64,000 bases of DNA, from positions 88,164,001 to 88,228,000 of the forward strand of contig NC_086105.1 of assembly GCF_963921235.1 (NCBI RefSeq). The letters run 5' to 3'. The stretch comes from Mobula hypostoma (lineage: Eukaryota). Within the stretch, counting starts at the first letter, position 1, and the number at the start of each line of letters is the position of its first letter. The notes beneath the pieces are model-generated. The model did not search any database. It was not told where the DNA came from and was given only the letters and a program-made list of their open reading frames with translations. The translations under genes and the position numbers were made by a program. Positions 13,563 to 24,541 of the stretch are shown in pieces.

Positions 13563-16500
13563 ATGCAAACTGAATTGGTAAAAATAATTTCCTATAATGT
13601 TAATGGGGTTTTGAATCCAATTAAAAGAAATAAGATTATGTCTAAATTGAAAAAAGAGAGGGCACAAATAGCTTTCCTCCAGGAAACACATATGAGCCAA
13701 TCTGAACATGGAAAATTAAAAAGAATGGGCTTTAAGCATGTATTTTATTCATCATATAAATTGAGTCACAAAAGAGGGGTAGCTACTTTAATATCAAGTA
13801 CTCTTAATTATGAACATATTTCAGAGACTAGAGACAAAGAAGGACGGTTTGTAAAAATCACAGGAAGAATAGAAGGTACAGAAATAACATTGCTGAATGT
13901 TTATGCTCCTCCAGGTAGTGAATGGTCATTTTATAGACACATTTTTGACCTAATGGTCAGTTCTCGAGGGGTAGTAATTTGTGGAGGGGATTTTAATATT
14001 AGATTAAATCCTATATTAGATTCTTCAAGAATAGTTACTCAGAATAAACCTCTGACTCGGAAAGTGAATTCATTGATGGAGGAGTTGGGAATTATAGATG
14101 TCTGGAGGGAATTACACCCTACTAGTAAAGATTATACATATTACTCTTTCCCTCATTCAGCCTATTCAAGGATAGACTATTTCTTTATCTTTAATACAGA
14201 TAGACTCAGGATAAAAAACTGTAATATTGCAACAATCGATCTGTCGGATCATAGCCCAGTCTCTATGTCTCTAATCCTGGAAAGGAAAATGAGGAAAACA
14301 CTATGGAGGCTAAACTCACATATACTTAATAACCCAAAAGTAATGGAGAGATTAAGGGGAGAAATCAAAGAATATCTAGACCTTAATGACATGGGAGAAA
14401 CATCACCAGTGATTTTATGGGATACATTGAAAGCTGTACTGAGAGGGAAAATTATTTCCATTACTACTCACATGAAAAAAATCAATGCACAAAAATTAGC
14501 AGACCTTCAAGGAAAATTAAAACAACTTCAAGTTGGAGATAGCAACAAAAGTAATTCAAATCGAAAACAGGAAATTAGGAAATTGCAAAGTGAAATTGAT
14601 GATATTTATACGTTGGAAACTCAAAGAAATTTTCTTTACCTGAGACAAAAGAATTATGAAGTAGGAGGTAAATCAGCTAGATTATTAGCATATAAATTAC
14701 GAAAACAACAAGCAGACAATACAATTCATAAAATAAAGAATCCAAAGACAAAGCTTGTAGAGAGTACAATAGGGAAAATTCAAGAGTTTTGAAACGTATT
14801 ATCGAGAGCTGTACTCCCAACCCTGGGCCCCCAATGAGCCCTATATAGACAGTGTATTGAATTTTTTAGATCTACCTAAACTTACAGATTTACAAAATGA
14901 AAGTTTATTAGAACCAGTAACTGTCAAAGAACTGAACATGGCCATCTCTAGGTTAAAGGCTGGAAAGTCCCCGGGTTCTGATGGGTTTACCTCAGAGTGG
15001 TACAAGTCCCTGAAGACACAGTTAGCCCCATTACTACTTAACACCTTTAATTGGATCTTGCAGAGAGGAGAAACTCCACCTTCCTGGAGAGAAGCGATTA
15101 TTTCAGTTATTCCTAAAGAGGGTAAAGATAAACTAGAATGTGGCAATTATCGGCCAATTAGTGTTCTTAATTTAGATTACAAACTATTCACATCTATATT
15201 AGCGCGCAGATTGGAAAAGCTTTTACCTGGCCTAATCCATTTAGACCAGACTGGATTTATTCAACAAAGACAAACACAGGACAACATAAGGAGAACTCTG
15301 CACATATTAGAACAGGTTAATAAGAACGAGACAGAGACAATGGTAGTAGGATTGGACGCTGAGAAAGCTTTTGATTCGGTTAGTTGGGCATTCCTATACA
15401 GAGTGTTAGGAAGATTCGGCTTTCAAGAAAGGTTTATTAAAGTAATTCAGACTCTGTATGACAGCCCAACAGCCCGAATTAAGATAAATGGGGACCTCTC
15501 TGACTCCTTCATTTTAGAGAGAGGCACTAGACAGGGATGCCCAATTTCTCCTCTCCTTTTTGCACTATATATTGAACCACTTGCCCAACTAATAAGACAG
15601 AGCGAAATCGTAAAAGGTATCAAGGTGGCAGGGATTGAACAGAAAGTGGCGTTATTCGCAGATGATGTTTTGGTCTATCTGAGTGAACCAGAAAAATCAT
15701 TTATAGGATTGTTTACACTGTTGGATGACTTTGGGAAAATATCAGATTATAAAATAAATGTAAAGAAAACGCAGGTTATGTCCCTAAATTATACACCATC
15801 CAAAAAATTGCAGGATACATACGATCTTAAGTGGGAAGCTAAATCATTAAAATATTTAGGAATAACCCTGCCGAAGGATCTTTCAACACTGTCACAGGTA
15901 AATTATGGGCCATTAATCTCAGAGATAAAAGCAGATATGCATAGATGGAATCTTATCCCCTTTTTAAGTTTAAATTCAAGGATAAATACTATAAAAATGA
16001 ATATTCTTCCTCGGTTATTATATCTCTTCCGTACTTTACCAGTGGAGGTGGATGATAATCAATTCAGGGAATGGGACAAATGGATTTCCCGCTTCATTTG
16101 GCAAGGAAGGAAACCTAGAATTCGATATAACACTTTACAGTTAGGGAAGGAAAGAGGAGGTATGGTTCTTCCTTGCCTGAGAAATTATTTTTATGCCTCA
16201 CAGATAACCCCTCTGTTATATTGGTGTAATAGGGAATATAAGGCTAGATGGAAGGAAATAGAATTTGGATTAGTTGACAGTTTTCCTCTTCAGGCCTCAA
16301 TAGCTGACAAAGGATTGATGGCCCAGTTGGAAAAATTTAATAATGCTTGGATAAATCTTACATTAAAAGTATGGCAGAAGGTGGTTAATTCATGTGGAAT
16401 TAATAACATGCTAAAACTCTTTAGACGGTGTGCATATGATACCGAATTCCTTCCCAACAGAGGAGATAAAAGATTTGAGCTATGGATAAAGAAAGGTCTT

Positions 16501-17348
16501 ACAACCTACCTCTCATTTATAGATAAAAGAGTATTACAAAGTTTCCAAATCATGCAGGACAAACATGGCCTAGAACATAATGACTTTTTTAGGTACCTTC
16601 AAATACGAAACTATGTTAACCAGAGTTGTAGATATACAGACCTATCAAAGTAGAATTAGAATTTTTCAAGATTCTGAATTCGGCTTGCAGTTCAATACCT
16701 AGTAAATCAGTTTCTCGCCTATATAATGCACTCTCCCATGCTAAAAATGTAAATACACTGTATATTAAAGAGAAGTGGGAGAAAGAAGCGGGGTTGGTAC
16801 TTTCAGAGGAGGCTTGGGGGAAAATCTGCAGCTTTCAATGGTCCTCGACTAATTCTTTGACTTGGAGAGAACATTGTTGGAAAAACATTATAAGATACTT
16901 CAAGACCCCATATCAGGAAAAATATAAAGATACGAATGTGATGTGTTGGAGAAGGTGCGGCTCTAAGGAGGCAAATCATTTTCATATTTTCTGGGATTGC
17001 CCTAAATTAAGTCTATTTTGGGAAGGTATTCATAGAACATTAGTTAAGGTACTTAGGTCCCAGATACCTCTGAACTTTGAGACGCTCTATTTGGGGCATG
17101 TATTGTTCCTTGAACAGAAGGAAGATATAAAGTTGCTGCAGGCCCTCTTAGCGGCAAGTAAGAAATCAATCACTAGAAAATGGCTAAATCCAATACCACC
17201 TACATTAGAAGATTGGTACGAAATTATCTTGGAAATATTTAAAATGGAAAAGTTGACCTACTCCCTGAGAACTCAAAAAGAAACATTTTATCGAATCTGG
17301 AATAAATGGATTGAATATATAACCCCAATGCGAGCAGACTTTAGATGA
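13563..17348 (+). pseudogene. L1 ORF2p (AP endonuclease, RT, CCHC) broken by two frameshifts
   Basis: Endonuclease motifs SYNVNG, LQETH, GGDFN, RIDYF, SDH. RT motifs YRPISVLN, LDAEKAFD, QGCPISP, LFADD, YLGI. C-terminal CWRRC...HIFWDC. Frame changes near 14787 and 16649; no internal stops after correction. Confidence 0.93.
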
Positions 17349-18109
17349 CTCTCCTAATGATTTATATTGCTCTTCTCATCAACACAGTAATATTGCTAAC
17401 GTAAGCACCCCAGTCTAAATGTTTGTTGTTGTTTTTTTTTGGAAAATAGAGAATTAACACAAGTAAAGGGAAAGATTTGGGAAAGGGATAAAAAAAAAAT
17501 GAAAAAATTAAGTAAATAAGTACATAGGGATTGGATAATTATGTCTGCGGGCAGGAACAAGCACGAACAAATTGGGATATAAACACCTACAATGGTTGGT
17601 ATATAGGCTTGTATGCAACATTTTGGACCAGTGGAAATGGTCCAGAAGGGTTGTATGGAAACAGTTATTACCATTTTTCTTAACAACTAATTTCATTACT
17701 TAGCCTAATAGGTTAGATTTACCACAGTACATAATTATCTATTTAAATGTTTATTTTGCTTTTATATCATCTCAATGTGTACTTAAGAATGTATAAATAA
17801 TTGTAGTTTTATACATATAAAAAAATGGAAAAGGTTATATGTGTGAAAAAAGTACATGATAATTGTGAACTCCTTATCCAAATAAAAATAAAATTAAAAA
17901 AAAAAAATCGTTATGCCCCACAGGTCTTTGCTAATTATCTTGCAAGTAATAGTACTGTATCCAATTTACACAGCAAGATCCCAGAGACCGTAATTAGATC
18001 ATTAGCAGAAGATGATTTTGTTTGTTTCAGAGGCTCAGAAGTAGTATGTTGTGGACCTTGCATCCATTTGGAATGGAATTGGGTAATGCTTTAATGTAGC
18101 ATGTACCTA

Positions 18110-19380
18110 TACAGTGATGGGCAAGACTTTTAGAATTGGGGAACCCTGGCTGACGAGGGAAATTTAAGGTTCTGATCAGAAAACAGACAGGCATCTCTCG
18201 GGTGTAGAGAGCTGGGGTCGAGCAAATTTCTTGAGGTTGAAGAGATGTAGGAGTACAAAGGAAATTGGGAGGGCATAAAAGGGACTTGAGCTATTAATAG
18301 ACCAGGTAAAAGAGAATCCTAAGAAATTCTGTATATTAAGAACAAAACGGTAACTGGGGGAAAATAGGTTCCCTTAAGGATCATTGCAGTCACCTAGGTG
18401 TGGAGCCACAAGAGATGGTCAAGGTGTTAAATAAATACTTATCTGTAGTTACAATGAGAGGTTATGGAAGCAAGAGAAAATTCAGTGATGTCTTTAAACA
18501 TGTCGATATTATGAAGAAATGTTGAAGAGGTCTTGTTGGCAGTCTTAATGCACAAAAAGGTAGATAAATCCCCAGTCTGCAGATGACACCAAAGTTAGTG
18601 GTGTGGTGGACAGTGAAGAAAGTTGTCTAAGGTTTCCAAAGGATCAAGATTAACTGAGGAACTGGATAAGGGAATGGTAGATGGAGTTTAATACAGTCAA
18701 GTGTGAAGCCATGCTGTTTGGAAATTAAAACAGAATAAAGAGTGCCCTGAGGAATGTTGTAGGGCAGAGAGACCCAGGAATACAAGTACACAATTCCCTC
18801 AGAATGATGACACAAGTAAGCAAGGTCATGAAGGTATTTGGCATATTTGCCTTCACTGGATGGGACATTTGGGTACAAGAGGTGGAATGTCATGTTACAA
18901 TTGTGCAAGATGTTGGTGACAGAGCACCAGAAAATTGCTTTCAGTTTTGGTTGCTGTACTATAGGGGTAATGTGCTTGAACTAGAGAAGGAAAACATTTT
19001 ACAAGGATGTCACTGGCCTTTTTTTTCTGGAGTAGTGGAAGCTGGAAGATAATTTTACAGAGGTATAAAAAATTGAGGGATGTGGATATGGTGCATAATC
19101 AAAGTCTTTCCTAGGGTAGGGTAGTCTAAATCTAGATGGTATAAGTTTCAAGTGTGAAGGGAAAACATTTAAAGGGGATTTGAGGGGCAAGAAGATAAAT
19201 AATGAAAAATACTGCCAGAGGAAGTGGTAGAGGCAGGTAAAATTACAACTTTTAAAAGACATCTGTGTGGGTTCATGAATAATAAAGTTTTATAGGGATA
19301 TGGGGGCAAATGCAGGCAATGAGACAATTTGTTGGCATGAATGAATTGGGCTGAATGGCCTGTTTATAACTTGTATGACT
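18110..19380 (+). mobile_element. CR1-clade LINE, heavily decayed
   Basis: GCAGATGACACCAAA (ADDTK), AAGTGTGAAG (KCE) and a CR1-type 3' end (ttgggctgaatggcctgttt...tgtatgactgact). Confidence 0.7.
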
Positions 19381-20574
19381 GACTCATCTTGGTGGTGCAC
19401 TTTTTCATTACAGCAAATATTTTGGCTGAGATCATGTGTTCATGACTTTGGAGTGGAGTGTGAGCCCTCCAATCTTAAATATCAAAGAATGTACACTGCA
19501 CCATAGCTAGTATTAAAGTTGCAGAGTCAATTATATCCACTTCTGGAAGCTACCAGGGTGAATGTGATTGGAGACCCATTGATCTTATTGACTGCCCCTG
19601 TGCCAAGAAATTGGTGTTTAGAGAGAACTTGTGTGACCTCCCACTGGCCAGAACCTCCCCAGCCCACTGATCTCATCTGTTGATTGGCTCCCAGCGCCTG
19701 CTAGGCAACACCGTGTTTGAGGCCCAGTCCTTGCATATACAAAATGCAACCAGACAAATATATCTGCACATAGTCCAGACCCCTCAGTCCATTTTAAATC
19801 TTCAGTTGCCACAACTTGCTATGCTAGCCCTGGAAGAGCGCTACGGCTCAAATGCTTTACCTCTGGCAGCTGAAGAGCAAGCGAACCCACAGCTTGAGGT
19901 CTGGGCTCATTGAGTGTTGCTAAAAAATCTGCAGTCGGCCACAACAGAGGTTGTCTTATGCTGAGCAAAAGCTTGGGAGGGCAGCTCTGACTCTGTTCTG
20001 GACACCCTGGTGAAGCATAATGACTTTGTCCCCTCATTCTAGGCAGCTGCAAACAGGCAACACCGTGGTTTCGGGCCTAGATCTCACTATGACAGAGGAC
20101 TAGGCCCCTTCCATCTGCCTCTGCTTGCATCCAATAAATCAGCGAATCGAACTTGTGGTAGACCGGTTTAACGATGTTTAAAGGCGTCTTGCAATCACAA
20201 GAAAAGTGACCGTGACGGCCACTTGCTATTTGCCTGTAAGCCTCCATTGACTCGGGCAGCAGCATGTTGCGCAACCTCTTTATTGTCTCTGCCAGTGAGC
20301 AACTTGCTGATGGTGTAGACCTGCAGTCCTTTGAGTTCTCAACGTATAGCAGGATCTTGTGATCATTGAATGTACGTTTAAGTATAACAGTGGCACCTGT
20401 CGTTGACCCTAGTAAAAGCCGCTGTGACTAGTCGCACCACTATCTTGCCAGATCAAGAGTAATATGGTTGAGTCCTAAGAGTAAATCAGCTACAAATAAA
20501 TAATAGAAAGAACAAATGAGTTATTATAAAAGCATATTCCAAGGTCTTTAAAATAGTTTCCATTTCTTAAACAG

Positions 20575-20643
20575 GGTAAACGAGAAGAGGAGGAAGTAGT
20601 GGAAAAACTCAATATCTTTCTGGATTTATTGCAGTCCTATAAG
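20575..20643 (+). CDS. SNX8: Sorting nexin 8, internal exon
   Basis: cag|GGT...AAG|gtcagt, 69 nt. Encodes GKREEEEVVEKLNIFLDLLQSYK. Confidence 0.95.
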
Positions 20644-20787
20644 GTCAGTGATACAGAAGCACACCCAATCTGTAATCTGCTGAAAATAGGAAATTAATTT
20701 CAGTTTGGAAATGAATTGCCTTTGTTTGGATCTCTTGTCAGTAACTAACATCGCACCTCCTCCATCTTCCCCAACCTTTCCTTCTAG

Positions 20788-20937
20788 GACTTGTGTGAGC
20801 GGCATGAGAAAGGTGTGCTTCATGAGCACCAGCGTGCATTACAGAAATACACCTCTATGAAACGGCAGATGATGAGTGTAACCGTGCAGAGCAAGGAGCA
20901 GATTTCTGTGGAGCAACTGGAATCACGAATCTTGCAG
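20788..20937 (+). CDS. SNX8: Sorting nexin 8, internal exon
   Basis: tag|GAC...CAG|gtgctt, 150 nt. Encodes DLCERHEKGVLHEHQRALQKYTSMKRQMMSVTVQSKEQISVEQLESRILQ. Confidence 0.95.
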
Positions 20938-22162
20938 GTGCTTGGAATTTCTGGAAAATTTTGTTGAATGTACTGTAGCTCTTCAATACCTGACCAGTGA
21001 GTATTGTCTGGCTCCTATACAAGATGTGGATATCAATAATGGGTGGTAGTTCCAATGCAAAAGAACAGAAATGGGTGGGGAAGAGAAAGTTGAGGATGGT
21101 GACAGGACAGGAGGTGATAAGTGGAGATAGCAAAGGGCTAAAGATTGTGGAGCAAAAGTAAAATTGCTGGAGAAACTGAGTGGGTTCTTATCTTGAACAA
21201 CTTTTCTTTTGATTCCTCACTTTCTACAAAGCAAAGATGGAGCCATGCTTTTTTTTTGATGCCCATGCAAAGAAGTCCTTGTTCTTAATGCGCTCTGACA
21301 CCACTCCTCAAGACTTCCCCACTACATTGATGAACACATTGGTGCTGCTTCCTGCATCTGTGCAGAACTCATCAATTTCATCGAGTTCACTACTTCCACC
21401 CTTTGTCAAACTTTCTCAAACACCGTGCTGAAATTCTTTATCAATTCTTTGTTCCCAGTAAATAGGATGCAGATGGCTGAATATGTGACTGCCAGTTGCC
21501 GATCAAAAGAAATCTGAAATGTGAAAGTTGAAATCACACTGCAGTAAATGGGGCGTTTAAATTAGATTTGAAAATAATCCTTTCTAAAGGGAAAAAGTGC
21601 CATCTATAAGTGACTGTAGCTCCACAGTAATAGAGTTGACCCTTTACAACCCTCTGGGGAGGAGAAAAGCTGCTCATTTAATGCAAGACGAATGGGGTGG
21701 TAGTTAATTTTTGCCCTTACTGGTGACGCTCACGTTCTGTGAATGAATACAAGTGGATTTTGTATTCAGGCTATGTTCGATGAAGGAAGAGATGGTGATG
21801 AGTTTTCATATCTCAGGAAAACAAGTTTAATTAAAGTATTCTGGTGATAGATTTGACTATTTAAGAAATATTAGAAAATGCTGGTAGTCAACAGACTAAT
21901 TTATGGGTAATTAGGTGGGGGAGATGTAATGTGTGGTTCATCTGGTCTATTATCTCCCTTGTACTGTCATTTCAAACCTCTACTCATGGCCTTTCAAACA
22001 GCATTGCAGCTGCCAAAAGAATGGTGATCATTAAATGCCATGTACTGTGGATGGGGGGGCGGGGTTGCAGGGTGAGCACAGTGTGCACGAAGGAGTATTA
22101 CTGTTAATTTGGCATGTTCACTTTCCTCTTGATGTACCTTTCGTCTGCAATCTGCCTTTTAG

Positions 22163-22312
22163 CAAGAAAACACCATATTGACCATGGAACTCCGGAACTA
22201 CTTCTCCTTGTTTTGCCTGCACCAGGAGACTCAGCTCATCCACATCTACCTGCATATCACTTCCCATGTGCTGACTGCTTTCATCGATTCCCAGATTCAA
22301 GGGCACCATGAG
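22163..22312 (+). CDS. SNX8: Sorting nexin 8, penultimate coding exon
   Basis: tag|CAA...GAG|gtacag, 150 nt. Encodes QENTILTMELRNYFSLFCLHQETQLIHIYLHITSHVLTAFIDSQIQGHHE. Confidence 0.95.
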
Positions 22313-22439
22313 GTACAGTCAGTCCAGCAATAGTAACTAATCTTCCTTCTCCCTTTTGCATGATTGCAGTTCAACAAGCAGCACTCCTACGTTCCGGTCC
22401 ATGGTTGCATGTGGCATCTGAATATCCAATTCTGATAAT

Positions 22440-22840
22440 TTAGAGTCATTGAACAATACAGCATGGAAATAAGCCTTTCAGCATAATACACCCATTGTAT
22501 CCAGCAAGCTGGTTCTAGTTACCTGTATTCCCTCAAACTCCTATCAATTATTTATCAAATATCTTTTAAATGATACCACTGTACCTGCCTCAACCACTTT
22601 CACTGGCAGCTCAATCCCTAAATGCTCTTCCTTCTGTGTGAAGAAGTTGCTCCTCAAGTCCTTAAATCTTTTACCTCTCAATTTAAATCTGTGCCCTCTC
22701 ATATTTAGTTCCCTTTCTTGGGGCACGGGTGGGGTGTAAAGGTATGTGTGTTCACCCTGTCTAAACCACTCATGAGTTTATATGCCTCTACAAGGTCAGT
22801 CCTCAATCTCTTATGTTACATAGAATAAGGTGTTAGCCTG
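22440..22840 (-). mobile_element. CR1-clade LINE 3' fragment
   Basis: Minus ORF 22544-22726 (RGHRFKLRGKRFK..NFFTQ..VVEAGTVVSFKRYL). Confidence 0.7.
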
Positions 22841-23504
22841 CTCACCCCCCCCCCCCACCCAGGACCTCGCGTCCTTATAGCATTCACACTCACCAAATTA
22901 GGAACAGCTCTTCCGGTCTGCTATCATATTTCTGAAAAGTCCATGACTACTACCTCATTCCTTTCTTTATGATATTTATTTTTGTAATCTATAGATTTTT
23001 GTCTTTGCACTGTACTACTACTGCAAAACAACAAATTTCTTGTCATATTGTCAGTGATAATATATCTGACCCTAAAACTCTGCACTCTTTCCAGATTAAA
23101 GATGTCTTTCATATAACAGGGCAACCAAAACTGTACACAGTTTCCATCTATCCAAATAGATAGCAACCATGGACATCCTAGTTTCATTGCAGTAGGTTAG
23201 AACACTTTCAAAATGCTGATGAATTTATAGGATAAGAAAAGGCCAGTTCAGAGTGTGTATGCCAGCCAAAAGAAAACTTTTCTGTGTAGTTCCATATCTG
23301 GGTTCTCTGTCAATCAGTAGTCTTGGGCTACAGCACATCAGGTCCTCCATACTTCATGAAGGTGACCATGTGTTTTCGCCTCCACATTTTGGTAGTGAGT
23401 TGCTGATCATCACTCTCCTTTGGATAAAAGTTCTCAACACTCCTCTAATTCTTTCAACACTTATTATAAGTCTTAATTATCAAATATCTTTTAAGTGATA
23501 CCAC

Positions 23505-23785
23505 TGATGCACGGGAGTACATTCAGCCAGAGACTTATTCCACCGAGATGCAACATAAAGCGTCATAGGAAGAAGTCATTCCTGCCTGTGGCCATCAAAT
23601 TTTACAACTCCTCCCTTGGAGGGTCAGACACCCTGAGTTAATAGGCTGGTCCTGGACTTATTTCCTGGCATAATTTACTTATTACTATTCAACTATTTAT
23701 GGTTTTATTACTATTTAATTATTTATGGTGCAACTGTAACGAAAACCAATTTCCCCCGGGATCAATAAAGTACGACTATGACTAT
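23505..23785 (+). mobile_element. Rex1/Babar-type LINE 3' end
   Basis: Encodes ..RKSFLPVAIKFYN-like terminus, then CCCCCGGGATCAATAAAGTA and a (tgacta)n tail. Confidence 0.55.
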
Positions 23786-23902
23786 TTCTCAGGAGGACCT
23801 CTGCCTATCCATTAATGATTGTTAGATACATAAAAATAAGTGAATTGATTGTTGCACTGTCAGCCAAGGCCTCCAATCTGAGTTGTTTTTTTTCAATTCC
23901 AG

Positions 23903-23977
23903 ATGAGTGAAGTGTGGAAGGACTTGAAACCGAAGTTGGGAGGCCTCTTGACCAATGGAGTGCCATCATCTGCTTAG
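23903..23977 (+). CDS. SNX8: Sorting nexin 8, last coding exon
   Basis: cag|ATG...TAG. Encodes MSEVWKDLKPKLGGLLTNGVPSSA*, matching the MSKVWNDLRPKL-type C-terminus. Confidence 0.9.
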   Translation: MSEVWKDLKPKLGGLLTNGVPSSA

Positions 23978-24504
23978 TCTCTAGTGAATCAATCGGGTCC
24001 AATTCCCTCTTTTCCCAAAATGACATATCATTTTTGTGATTCTATATGCAATTTTCCTCCTCCTCCAGAAAACATTCCTAAATGGCACCAACCAAGGGAA
24101 CAAACAAATATAGATCCACGAGTGCGGGACTGCCGTACATTCGTGTGCATTATAGTGGGCTATCCGAACGACCCATTCCCCCTCCTCTGATCTCGAAAAC
24201 TAAACTGCTGTTGCTTGAATCTGAAATGCAAACAGCAATGCTAGATGAGCTCAGCCAGTTGAGCAGAAAGGAAAACTATGTTTCAGGTTGAAGTTCCTTA
24301 ATCTGAACTGAGAAAGCAATTTAGTCTAAGTAACAGAAAAGGTGGAGGAGTGCAATGAGTATAACAAAAATGATAATAAAGAGTGGTGAGGAAATAGGAT
24401 GTACAATTCTGATATAAAGGAACTTAACTGTCTAGTCAATGTGTCCATCATTTCAGCCTACTACATTCTTTGTACCACCCTTGCACGTGTATATAGTATA
24501 CAGA

Positions 24505-24541
24505 GTGTGTGTGTACATATATATATATATAGACACACACA
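24505..24541. repeat. Compound (GT)/(AT)/(AC) microsatellite
   Basis: gtgtgtgtgtacatatatatatatatagacacacaca. Confidence 0.8.

Larger units (their letters stand above)
12077..17904 (+). mobile_element. Full-length L1-clade LINE (about 5.8 kb) in an SNX8 intron
   Basis: 5' G-run followed by GACTTCCGG...ATGGCGGCG, then ORF1, ORF2, 3' UTR, AATAAA (17881) and poly(A). 15-bp TSD AAATTGTTATGCCCC (12062-12076) / AAATCGTTATGCCCC (17905-17919), one mismatch. Confidence 0.95.

Noticed and set aside
14780-16660. Programmed ribosomal frameshifting in L1 ORF2
   Set aside because: L1 ORF2 is a single ORF, and both shifts are simply explained by 1-2 nt deletions.
23978-24190. 70 open codons in frame after the SNX8 TAG (possible stop readthrough)
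   Set aside because: The stop context TAG-TCT is not a known readthrough motif, the peptide is unrecognisable, and the length is attainable by chance.
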